Virus record (IMG/VR): IMGVR_UViG_2706795421_000001
Span: 1 to 22,246 of that record
Strand: one strand, 5' to 3'
Length of the DNA stretch: 22,246 bases
Origin: a virus
Taxonomy: Duplodnaviria; Heunggongvirae; Uroviricota; Caudoviricetes
Part shown: one piece after another, positions 14,329 through 22,225 of the stretch
Layout: each line of letters starts with the position of its first letter
How positions within the stretch are numbered: position 1 is the first letter of the stretch
The notes under the pieces: model-generated
Seen by the model: the letters and a program-made list of their open reading frames with translations, nothing else
Database searches by the model: none
What the model was told of the DNA's origin: nothing
Program-made: the position numbers and the translations under genes

Positions 14329-14747
14329 AGCTTATACGACCTCACTGTCCCACCTGAGTAAATATCCAGTGCCTTTGCTGCCTCAACAGCCTCCTCAGCG
14401 CTGGCCCCTGCCATCATGGCTCCCAGGGCGAACTGAGTTCCTGACCCAGCAGCCCGTGGCCTTTCAAGGTTCACCTTTTCGGAGTATATGCCGCCGTCCC
14501 AGGAGATAAAGTGCAGACCATCTCCATCAAGAACCAGACCGGAAACCTTCAGCTCCTGGTCTTCCATCCCGTCACCGCTCACATAAGCCTCAGCGAGAAC
14601 TTTCCAGTCGCATACCGCCCCTGCCAGCCAGAAAACAATGCCATCCACTTCTAGCCGTTTTTCAGCGTCCTCGTCGGTGATAACCCCTCCCTGGGTGATC
14701 CTTCCATCGGTTGCAATGATCCCATCCTTGTAAGCGATGGTGGTCAT
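14319..14747 (-). CDS. HslV/proteasome-beta-like Ntn peptidase (142 aa)
   Basis: Start moved to ATG 14747 (ATGA overlap), giving MTTIAY with an N-terminal Thr nucleophile. ATDGRIT, AGSGTQFALGAM and D-x-Y-SGG motifs. Confidence 0.82.
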   Translation of the reverse strand: MTTIAYKDGIIATDGRITQGGVITDEDAEKRLEVDGIVFWLAGAVCDWKVLAEAYVSGDGMEDQELKVSGLVLDGDGLHFISWDGGIYSEKVNLERPRAAGSGTQFALGAMMAGASAEEAVEAAKALDIYSGGTVRSYKLWD

Positions 14748-14950
14748 GCCCGTCCTACCTTCTTCAGGTACAGGCGGATCAGCGGATAGCTGATAGGGAG
14801 CAGTCCAACAAGGATGACCACCCGGGCAGTCCACCAAGCTAGAAGAACAGCAGCATCCCAAACTTCAGCGCCGAGGAATGCCAAGTCCTCACGGTTGAAG
14901 GGAGTTTGGAAATGAAGCTTCAGTTGTTCCATTTTGGACATCTTTTTCAT
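14744..14950 (-). CDS. Small membrane protein (68 aa)
   Basis: SD AGGAGG; C-terminal hydrophobic stretch. Confidence 0.75.
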   Translation of the reverse strand: MKKMSKMEQLKLHFQTPFNREDLAFLGAEVWDAAVLLAWWTARVVILVGLLPISYPLIRLYLKKVGRA

Positions 14951-14958
14951 GATTCCTC

Positions 14959-15150
14959 CTATGGGCAGCAGCGGGGAGAGCCCCCGCAGTAGAATTCACC
15001 ATCCTTGCAGTGTCCGAAGAAGTAGTTTGGATACCCTGACTTGCCGCAGTCCCCCGAACAGTCTACTTCTTCTACCATTCCGTTTTGGATTTCATTTTCC
15101 CACAACACCTCTCGGAGGTGTAAGGGAACCTTTTGCCAGTCAAACCCCAT
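14959..15150 (-). CDS. Small Cys-rich protein ending in CGGSPRCCP
   Basis: Six Cys residues; fills the operon exactly. Confidence 0.72.
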   Translation of the reverse strand: MGFDWQKVPLHLREVLWENEIQNGMVEEVDCSGDCGKSGYPNYFFGHCKDGEFYCGGSPRCCP

Positions 15151-15418
15151 TATAGCTCACCGAGTGGGCTGAGGACAGGTCCCAGACAAGGCAATCTTTC
15201 AGGACCGACCCCATCCGTTCGGAGCCCTCCAACGGAAGCAGCGCAGTCATCGCAGTACCGTCGGAGTAGGAATCTTTGACATGACCGAAACCTCCCTTGA
15301 ATAGGTATGTGCGGTAAATCAGGTCATCATCGAACCCTTCCACCCCCTTCAAGTACAGCACGACACTGATCCCTCGCTCTAGGTTCGAGATTGCCTCTTC
15401 GAAATTCACCTGCTTCAT
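15140..15418 (-). CDS. Hypothetical protein (92 aa)
   Basis: ATGA overlap; SD GGAGGA. Confidence 0.78.
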   Translation of the reverse strand: MKQVNFEEAISNLERGISVVLYLKGVEGFDDDLIYRTYLFKGGFGHVKDSYSDGTAMTALLPLEGSERMGSVLKDCLVWDLSSAHSVSYNGV

Positions 15419-16977
15419 TCTTCCTCCTTCGCTTCAAGCCACATGGCACGGGTTTCCACCATGATATTGTCCAGGGTTGTATTCCCGTATAGGTGCTTCT
15501 TGCAGCGGGTGGCAGCAACGTACAGGAGATTCTGCTCCATCTCGTTCAAACCTACCCACCGCTTCTTGTCATCATACCCACTCGGATAGTCGTCAGCCAG
15601 GACAACCACATCAAACTCCCGACCTTTGGACTTGTGTGCAGTCGTCAGTACGATGTCTGCCGAGGGATCATTCTCATGGTCACGGAGGGCCTTGAAAATC
15701 TTCCACTGGTCATCCCCTTCGATGATCCGGCACACCCTGCCCAGTTCGCCCGGGCTCTCTGCGTATTCGTCCCGGAACTCTTGCCAAGAAGTGTAGCACA
15801 GTATGTTTTCGTGCTTCACCTTCTTCTCGTCACCCTGGTACAGGGCGGTAGCACTCTCCAACAGCCGGATAAAGTCTCGGGTGTCAATCTCCAGTCGGAC
15901 ACTCTTTCCCTGGCCAATCAGGTTTACAGCATCCCACACCAAGGCAGCGTTAGTCCGATAGAGCCGGGCATGCTGCTCCGGGATTTCAGGTACCCCTTCA
16001 GCGTCACCATCTGCCAGGAAGCCGTTGCTCTCCCATACCTTCGATTCCAGCTTTTCCCACCCATGCAGGGCTTGGGCTTTGCTGTTCTGTAGGATAATGT
16101 TCGCCACTTCAGCCACCTTCTCACCGAAACGGAAGCTGGTGGTGAGCTTGCACTCTGGGGCCTTAATCTTGGCCATAGCGTTCACGCTGCCACGGAAGCT
16201 ATAAATCTGCTGCCGGGGGTCGCCGACCATGACCAGAAGGGAGTCCTGCTGACGCAGTACGATGTCCAGGACGCAATCGTTGGTATCCTGGGCCTCGTCC
16301 AGGTAGATCACCTTGTACTGGCTGAGGTCCGGCTTGGAGAGCTGGTACAGCTTCAGGTAGGTGTCATGGTTGATCAGCGTCTGCTCGTTCGGGTCAATAC
16401 GCTTCTTCCACAAGGCCTTTGCATAGCGGAGAACCAGGGCCTCATAGTAGGGAAGGTCTACACGGTCCTTCTCGGAAAGCTTTGCCAGGGGCATGTAGCT
16501 GATGTGCTTGACCTCAAGCTCGCCGTCCGCCGAATACTCGAAACGGTTTACCGTGTCGCGGATGGCCTGGCCAATACTGGAAGCCGTGACGGTGATCCCC
16601 ATGTCCGACTCCATGCTGCCGATTTTGAAGTAGCGGGCAATCTCTGCCCCGGTCCCCAGGACGTTGACGTAACCCCCTTTCGGGCGGCGAAGTTTCTCGC
16701 TGAGCTTGGCCCCGAACACCCCGTATGCCAGGCCGTGGGTGGTCTTCTTGACGACCCACTGAGGGAACTTGTTCTTGGCCTCTTCCGCCATGGACTTGTT
16801 GAATGCCAGGTACAGAGAGGTGACCTGGAGTCGTTGAGAGACCAGGCTCATGGTGGTGGTCTTCGCCGCACCGGCACCCGCATTGATTTTCAGGCGGCGA
16901 TTCGGACGTTGCTCGGCTGCCAGGTCTTCGGCAGCTTCCATGATGTCCCACTGCTCACTGGTCGGGGTGAAACTCAT
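15415..16977 (-). CDS. UvrD/Rep-like superfamily 1 helicase (520 aa)
   Basis: Start moved to ATG 16977 (SD AAGGAG). Motifs NAGAGAAKTT, LAFNK, TTHGLAY, LDEAQD, VGDPRQQIYSFRG, LTTSFRFG, YRTNA, TAHKSKGREF and LLYVAATR. Confidence 0.92.
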   Translation of the reverse strand: MSFTPTSEQWDIMEAAEDLAAEQRPNRRLKINAGAGAAKTTTMSLVSQRLQVTSLYLAFNKSMAEEAKNKFPQWVVKKTTHGLAYGVFGAKLSEKLRRPKGGYVNVLGTGAEIARYFKIGSMESDMGITVTASSIGQAIRDTVNRFEYSADGELEVKHISYMPLAKLSEKDRVDLPYYEALVLRYAKALWKKRIDPNEQTLINHDTYLKLYQLSKPDLSQYKVIYLDEAQDTNDCVLDIVLRQQDSLLVMVGDPRQQIYSFRGSVNAMAKIKAPECKLTTSFRFGEKVAEVANIILQNSKAQALHGWEKLESKVWESNGFLADGDAEGVPEIPEQHARLYRTNAALVWDAVNLIGQGKSVRLEIDTRDFIRLLESATALYQGDEKKVKHENILCYTSWQEFRDEYAESPGELGRVCRIIEGDDQWKIFKALRDHENDPSADIVLTTAHKSKGREFDVVVLADDYPSGYDDKKRWVGLNEMEQNLLYVAATRCKKHLYGNTTLDNIMVETRAMWLEAKEEE

Positions 16978-17440
16978 AAAAATTCTCCTTAAATTCACAA
17001 AGCTTGGGGTATGCCAACAAGGCCGCCTTCATGTACCGACTGGCTTGTCTGTCGTCGATGAGAAGCAGTTTACGGACTTCCTCTGTGGAAATCAAGGGGA
17101 GGAAGGTAAATATTTTACGCAGAGACGATTTCGACAGAGGCACCTGTCTGTAGTTGCCTGTCGTCCCGCTCACCCCCTCCTTACCCCCGGCGCTGGACCG
17201 GTACCAATCCAGGTTGGCAACCCCGTGGAATATGTTGTCCATCTCCAAAGGCCAGGGATCGTCCCTCTCAAATGCGATGAACGAGAACAAGGGCATCAGT
17301 TGGTTTTCCAACTGGCGCCCCTTCTTGTTCCCCCTACGTTCTTTGTCGGCCCTGAGCCGATTAGCCCGCTTAATCAGCTCATTTGCCCTGGCTTCTATTC
17401 GGGAATAGTCCCGTAGCGGTCCTCCATTCTCTTTATCCAT
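16955..17440 (-). CDS. Hypothetical protein with a possible C-terminal helix-turn-helix
   Basis: ISTEEVRKLLLIDDRQASRYM fits an HTH pattern; overlaps both neighbours. Confidence 0.7.
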   Translation of the reverse strand: MDKENGGPLRDYSRIEARANELIKRANRLRADKERRGNKKGRQLENQLMPLFSFIAFERDDPWPLEMDNIFHGVANLDWYRSSAGGKEGVSGTTGNYRQVPLSKSSLRKIFTFLPLISTEEVRKLLLIDDRQASRYMKAALLAYPKLCEFKENFYEFHPDQ

Positions 17441-17997
17441 TCTGTTGCCCGACCTCTCGATTCTTCGTTGTGAAGGTTCGTAACCCGAACGCCGTGAGCA
17501 TCAGCCAGTTTTACGGCTGTGTTTGTCCCCCCTTGTACGCTCCCATCCTTGTTCGGGATAGCAAAGCACAAGAGGAATTCACTGGGGGTCTCCAGATCAT
17601 CTCCCAACACCTGGAAGACATTCCTAGTGTGAAGCTTCTTTGCTCCGGGGCTGAGGTGGTCCCAAGCAGGGTGGAACTGCTGGGCAATCTGCTGGGCTCT
17701 TACTCCTAGATCGTAGGGGATATTGGGCAGGGAAACTACAGCACCAAAGGCATCTCCATGGTGAAGCCTGTCATAGAACCCATTCCACGGGATGTAAATT
17801 CGACCCTTAGAAGTCCCCTCTCCATTCCACATCTGATACTTCCACCAGCCTTCCTCAAAGGCCTCGTCTGCACCCGGCGCTCCCCCTGTACGGAGGCTCA
17901 CCCCAGCGGCTTCCAGGTAGTATCCCAGCTTGACCATAATGTCAAGGATATACCCAGGAGTCTCCCGTGACCCCACACCCGTGTAGAACAGGCTCAT
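17395..17997 (-). CDS. SLOG superfamily (Smf/DprA-LOG-like) nucleotide-binding protein
   Basis: YTGVGSRETP, LRTGGAPGADEAFE and GGTNTAV..A motifs. Confidence 0.78.
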   Translation of the reverse strand: MSLFYTGVGSRETPGYILDIMVKLGYYLEAAGVSLRTGGAPGADEAFEEGWWKYQMWNGEGTSKGRIYIPWNGFYDRLHHGDAFGAVVSLPNIPYDLGVRAQQIAQQFHPAWDHLSPGAKKLHTRNVFQVLGDDLETPSEFLLCFAIPNKDGSVQGGTNTAVKLADAHGVRVTNLHNEESRGRATEWIKRMEDRYGTIPE

Positions 17998-18242
17998 GAA
18001 GTCACCTCGAATCCTTTCGATTCCATGAAAGACGTGATGTCGTATATCTCCATCTCTCCCAAGATGTCTCGGGGATGGAGATTGGAGATGACGTAATCCA
18101 AGATATCATCGTCATCGAGTTGATCCAGGAGAGCATCGACCGTAGACTTCACTTCTGTGAGTTCTACAACCACTTCAGGGTCAGAATAGGGTTTGTACGC
18201 GGCTTCTACCTCAACCTTCTTAGCTTCAATTACCAGGTCCAT
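17994..18242 (-). CDS. Small highly acidic protein (82 aa)
   Basis: SD AGGAGG; by hand count 21 Asp/Glu versus 6 Lys/Arg. Confidence 0.8.
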   Translation of the reverse strand: MDLVIEAKKVEVEAAYKPYSDPEVVVELTEVKSTVDALLDQLDDDDILDYVISNLHPRDILGEMEIYDITSFMESKGFEVTS

Positions 18243-18251
18243 GTTTCCTCC

Positions 18252-18815
18252 TTATGATTTGTAGTACACGTGCCGCTCGATTCTGAGCGTCTTTTTCATG
18301 GTTTTCGTCCAGCTAGGCATGTACTTAACCTTTGCAGGGTTCAGGTAGTGATCCGCCCCTCCTGTAGGGTCTTTGGACAGCCCTTTTAAAGCCCTCCAAG
18401 CCACTACCTTGGATTGGTCCCACTGATCCTTCTCTTGGATTCCTGCCTTCCGGCTTCCATCGCAAGTGTACGAGAACTGGCAACGGAAGTACACCACTCC
18501 TGGGACTGTTGAGGGCCAGCGGTCGGGGTTGTTCATCCGGTTTAGAATGACGTGGGCAACTCCTTCTTTGCCTCTCCAGCTCTCGCCTCGGGCCTCAAAG
18601 TAGATAGCCTCTGCCAGGGTTCTGCAAGACTTCTGACGCTCGCACAACACCTTATAGGTCTCTCTTTTCTGGACTTCATCCAGAGGTTGACTGCTGAGAA
18701 CCGCTCTCTTCTCCAAGAGATGGAAGCGAGAGGTCTCAATGCCTACCATGATCTCGAACAGTAGTCCGGACGCGGCCAATAGAGTGCTCAGGCAGAGCGC
18801 TTCTAGGGTCTTCAT
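18252..18815 (-). CDS. SleB-like cell wall hydrolase (Hydrolase_2 family)
   Basis: LAEAIYFEARGE, VAHVILNR, WPSTVPGVVY, QFS and HVYY motifs; hydrophobic N-terminus. Confidence 0.9.
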   Translation of the reverse strand: MKTLEALCLSTLLAASGLLFEIMVGIETSRFHLLEKRAVLSSQPLDEVQKRETYKVLCERQKSCRTLAEAIYFEARGESWRGKEGVAHVILNRMNNPDRWPSTVPGVVYFRCQFSYTCDGSRKAGIQEKDQWDQSKVVAWRALKGLSKDPTGGADHYLNPAKVKYMPSWTKTMKKTLRIERHVYYKS

Positions 18816-18867
18816 TCGGGCTCCTTTCTGTCAGGTGGGTGGTATGCCGGCATTGCGCCGGCACGGA

Positions 18868-19368
18868 TTACAGGAACGAAGCCAGGCCGTTCCGGAACAC
18901 AGGGAAGGCGTTACTCAGGAATTCCCGGCTAAAGTTTTCTTGGCAGAACTTCACTTCATGCTTGTAGCAGAAGACGACGAAGTTTGCTCGCTTGATGTTC
19001 CGTTTCCGGGTACGAGTCAGGAATACCCGTTTGACGATCTTCGTAGCCTGGCTCAACTGGAAGCCGTAAGGGGTCAGCTCCAGGTCTTTCAGTTTGGTCT
19101 TCGCAGGGGACAAAGTGCCTCGACCAGTTTCGAGCCACAGGCTCTTCGGCTCGTTGTGAAGCTCGACTGCGGTCTGGAAAGACAGCGTTTGTAGGCCCTT
19201 GCTCTTCAGCTCGGGAATGCTCGTGTAGAAGCTGCCCGATTCTGCCAGGAAACCATAGCCCAGGCTACCCATGAAACGGATCAGGCTGTCCATTTGAAGC
19301 CAGGCAGTGTTCTTGGCGGTTGCCGAGTCGAAAGTTGTACGGTGAGTGAATCGCAATAGCATTTTCAT
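18868..19368 (-). CDS. Hypothetical protein (166 aa)
   Basis: SD AAGGAG; directly downstream of a promoter. Confidence 0.78.
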   Translation of the reverse strand: MKMLLRFTHRTTFDSATAKNTAWLQMDSLIRFMGSLGYGFLAESGSFYTSIPELKSKGLQTLSFQTAVELHNEPKSLWLETGRGTLSPAKTKLKDLELTPYGFQLSQATKIVKRVFLTRTRKRNIKRANFVVFCYKHEVKFCQENFSREFLSNAFPVFRNGLASFL

Positions 19369-19396
19369 GAGAAACTCCTTCTGTGAACTGGAGGCC

Positions 19397-19426
19397 AGTA
19401 TGCCTGGCCTCCTTGGGGGTTGTCAA
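19397..19426 (-). promoter_or_regulatory. sigma70-type promoter with the -10 inside a perfect inverted repeat
   Basis: Minus strand TTGACA (19426-19421), 18 nt spacer, CATACT (19402-19397). Inverted repeat GGAGGCCAG/CTGGCCTCC at 19390-19398 and 19404-19412. Confidence 0.65.
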
Positions 19427-19428
19427 CC

Positions 19429-20700
19429 TTAGTCTACGGGATTTCCGTTCTCGTCCATTTCACGCCAGCACAAGCCGACTGGGAACTGGGGAACCAGGGT
19501 CTTTTTGAAACGGCCTTGGTATTTCACCTTCAAATGACGACCGATGTATTTCTCGGGGTTGGCCAGTTGATCCCGGCGAGCAGCATGATCCCCGAAGGTC
19601 GTATCGAAAATTCCAGAAGCGTACTGTCCACGACCGTCTGCTTTCTCCTCCACTTTGGGACAGAAGACACGGAGAACCGCGTTACCGTCCTTCCCTTCCA
19701 CCACATCCACAACTTTGAACTCTTCGTCCAGGAATTTCTTGTACTTCTGGAGGTCGGAAGACCGCTGAGAAGCTTCGTAAAGGCCAGTCATGTTCCGAAG
19801 CATGATGCCCTCATAACCTTCCATGACAACCTTATCGTGGTACTTGTCCACATCCTCTCGGAAGAAGATTACTTCTTGATCCACAGCAAACAGTGTGGGA
19901 TTTCCCATGAGGTCTGCGCTGTAGACGATTCGACGAAGTGCGTCTAGCCGCCAAGAGAATTGAGTTTCAGCGGTTACACCCAACTCCTTGCAGTTCACTA
20001 CGTCGAAGATGTGATATTGCAGCGCCGGACGCAGAGCGGCGATGTGGATTGCCAGGTCCAAAGCGTCTTGGGCTTCCTGGCGTTCAGAGTCATCGGAAAA
20101 CTCGTCATCCGCGTACTTCATAAGCTTCTTCTCAGCTTTCTCCACCTCTTTGAGGGTATCAGTACGCTTAACTGCCGACTGGATGTCTTCCAGGGACTCC
20201 CTGTGCAGGTAAATTTCACCATCGAAGATATCACCAATCTTCATGATCTGGGCCAGTGCCTCTGCAACGTGGGGCAGGATGTACTGCTCCCCGCCCCGGC
20301 TACGAAGCTCCACACGTCCATCCTCGTGTCGGAGGGCCAGGCATCGTACACCGTCCATCTTTGGACTGTAGATGGCAGGGAAGGTGATGGACTTGGCCCG
20401 CTTCAGGTAGTCCTCGGCCAGCATCGGGAGGATCGGAACATTGTCCAGATCACTCTTATCTTCGCGGTAGCCTGCCTTGAACTGCTTCTCTACCTTAGAA
20501 GTGGCTTCCAGGTGAGCCTGCTGCTCGCCAGTGGTCTCGTTTGCACGGCCTACGTTCTTCGGCTTGGAGGTGGTCACCTTGACAGTAAGCTTGCCACCTT
20601 CTTTCCCGTGCTCCACGAATACCTTGTCACCTTCGCTCCAGCAGCTCCACTGCTTGAAGTTGCCGCCCTTGTCCTTTTGGTACATGGTCACTTTTTGCAT
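19429..20700 (-). CDS. lig: ATP-dependent DNA ligase (423 aa)
   Basis: KMDGVR (motif I), FDGEIY (III), YHIFDV (IIIa), EGIMLR (IV), LQKYK (V), C-terminal OB-like region ending FPVG; WGR-like N-terminal segment. Confidence 0.95.
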   Translation of the reverse strand: MQKVTMYQKDKGGNFKQWSCWSEGDKVFVEHGKEGGKLTVKVTTSKPKNVGRANETTGEQQAHLEATSKVEKQFKAGYREDKSDLDNVPILPMLAEDYLKRAKSITFPAIYSPKMDGVRCLALRHEDGRVELRSRGGEQYILPHVAEALAQIMKIGDIFDGEIYLHRESLEDIQSAVKRTDTLKEVEKAEKKLMKYADDEFSDDSERQEAQDALDLAIHIAALRPALQYHIFDVVNCKELGVTAETQFSWRLDALRRIVYSADLMGNPTLFAVDQEVIFFREDVDKYHDKVVMEGYEGIMLRNMTGLYEASQRSSDLQKYKKFLDEEFKVVDVVEGKDGNAVLRVFCPKVEEKADGRGQYASGIFDTTFGDHAARRDQLANPEKYIGRHLKVKYQGRFKKTLVPQFPVGLCWREMDENGNPVD

Positions 20701-20712
20701 AAACCCTCTTTA

Positions 20713-20985
20713 TTAACGGAATTGACCGTCACAGCTTTTTACCAGAATGGCAAACTCATCCACTTCACCGAGAGCCTGTACTCCAAACTGCTCTTCATAC
20801 GGGTTGCTTCCATGCTGGTCAGCAACATGCACGGTAGTCAGATACAGCTCATCCATGAAGGCTCCAAGGGGAGTTGTTGCCGCCACTGCGGACACCTTGC
20901 CTACAAGAGCTGCAAGCATCTTTGTCTCTTCGTAAGACAGCTCAAGCAACACCCGTTCGCGTTTCTTACAGTCTTGTGCGTACAT
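20713..20985 (-). CDS. Hypothetical protein (90 aa)
   Basis: SD AAGGAG. Confidence 0.78.
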   Translation of the reverse strand: MYAQDCKKRERVLLELSYEETKMLAALVGKVSAVAATTPLGAFMDELYLTTVHVADQHGSNPYEEQFGVQALGEVDEFAILVKSCDGQFR

Positions 20986-20987
20986 GT

Positions 20988-21404
20988 TTAATCTCCTTTT
21001 GGCATGTGGATGACTTCAACTCCGTTCTTCAGCAGGTAATCAATGCCTGCTGTCAGTCGGTACTGGTGGCGATAGTACACCCTCTTGATGCCTGCGTCAA
21101 CAATATCGTGAGCACAATACTCACACGGGGACATTGTGGCGAACATCCAGGCACCCTGGGCGCTCTCCTGGCTGCATGAGAGCCACAGTAGAGCGTTTTT
21201 CTCGGCGTGCCGTACCTCTGGCCTGGTAACCCCCTCTTCGTTCTCCAGAGGGCCTTCCAGGCCACTTGGAAGGCCGTTGTACCCCTGACTGATGATCTTG
21301 TTTCCCTGGACAATCACTGCACCAACCTTTGCACGAACACCCACAGAGCATTCAGCGAAGGACTCGGCGCACCGCATAAAAGCCTCTTTATGCTTCTGTT
21401 TCAC
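20988..21404 (-). CDS. dCMP deaminase (138 aa)
   Basis: Start moved to GTG 21404 (SD GAGGGGG). KVGAVIV, GYNG, HAE and PCEYC zinc and catalytic motifs. Confidence 0.92.
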   Translation of the reverse strand: MKQKHKEAFMRCAESFAECSVGVRAKVGAVIVQGNKIISQGYNGLPSGLEGPLENEEGVTRPEVRHAEKNALLWLSCSQESAQGAWMFATMSPCEYCAHDIVDAGIKRVYYRHQYRLTAGIDYLLKNGVEVIHMPKGD

Positions 21405-21840
21405 AGGGAATACCCCCTCTTTTTCTCTGGGTATTCCAACACATACCTGTTTTTTCCACCCGGCAGCCGTTGATGGCGTTATACGAGTCGATGCACATGT
21501 CCAGAACCAGCTCAGCAAATGATTTTGACAGGTCCTCTCCTGACAGGTCCTTGATATTTGGGCACCTGTCTTTCAGTTTGACAGTCCTCTCGTTAATCTC
21601 TTGTTCAGCCATGAATACCTTTTCCAGGTGTGCCTCAGGGATGTCTATGTACGGGTTTGCAGGGTCAGATACATACCTAGCAGCCCTTTTCACGGTGGTA
21701 GGCCAAACCAGGTGGCAGTCCCTCCACTTATTCGGATGCCAGGAGAATAGGCGATCCAGGAGGGGCTGATACATCTTGACCTTTGGGCGGTAAACCGTTA
21801 GACCGTTGTTCAGTTCCTCTACCACAATCATTGTCTTCAT
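21388..21840 (-). CDS. Hypothetical protein (150 aa)
   Basis: SD AGGAGGTG. Confidence 0.8.
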   Translation of the reverse strand: MKTMIVVEELNNGLTVYRPKVKMYQPLLDRLFSWHPNKWRDCHLVWPTTVKRAARYVSDPANPYIDIPEAHLEKVFMAEQEINERTVKLKDRCPNIKDLSGEDLSKSFAELVLDMCIDSYNAINGCRVEKTGMCWNTQRKRGGIPCETEA

Positions 21841-21848
21841 AGCACCTC

Positions 21849-22115
21849 CTAGGATGGCTTGCGTTGGCCTTTTCTGGTTGCTGTCCCCCGGCAGGTGAGG
21901 TCTCCTTTGGCCTGCTGCATCTTGCTGGCCTTCACCGTGTATCGACCCTTGCCGTACTCTTCGTCTACGAACGTCTGGGCCTCCATCCTGTCTCGGGTGT
22001 GTACGAATACATAATCACCCATAGCGTTCTGGATGTACCAGGTGGCTGGTGGAGCGAAGTCTAAAGCCGAGAAGTCCTGGAAGGTCACCACGGTAGTTCT
22101 TGGGGTACTGCTCAT
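21849..22115 (-). CDS. Hypothetical protein (88 aa)
   Basis: SD AAGGAG; first gene after the promoter at 22177. Confidence 0.82.
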   Translation of the reverse strand: MSSTPRTTVVTFQDFSALDFAPPATWYIQNAMGDYVFVHTRDRMEAQTFVDEEYGKGRYTVKASKMQQAKGDLTCRGTATRKGQRKPS

Positions 22116-22148
22116 GTTTACTCCTTGCGGTATTACTTTTGCAGGGGC

Positions 22149-22177
22149 ATCCTACACAGACTCTCCTGCTCTGTCAA
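22149..22177 (-). promoter_or_regulatory. sigma70-type promoter
   Basis: Minus strand TTGACA (22177-22172), 17 nt spacer, TAGGAT (22154-22149). Confidence 0.82.
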
Positions 22178-22191
22178 CTTATTTCAGGCGC

Positions 22192-22219
22192 AAAAAAGCC
22201 CGCCACACTGGGCGGGCTT
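22192..22219 (-). terminator. Intrinsic terminator
   Basis: Minus strand AAGCCCGCC, 6-nt loop, GGCGGGCTTTTTT. Confidence 0.88.
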
Positions 22220-22225
22220 AGGTTA

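Noticed and set aside
18845-18863. 7-bp hairpin TGCCGGC-ATTGC-GCCGGCA as a terminator
   Set aside because: No U tract on either strand; at most a processing or stability hairpin.
15477-21769. Long plus-strand ORFs such as 15493..16092, 16366..16992, 19420..19947 and 19960..20991
   Set aside because: Antisense to the helicase, ligase and other clear genes; consistent with codon-bias shadowing and no motifs recognised.
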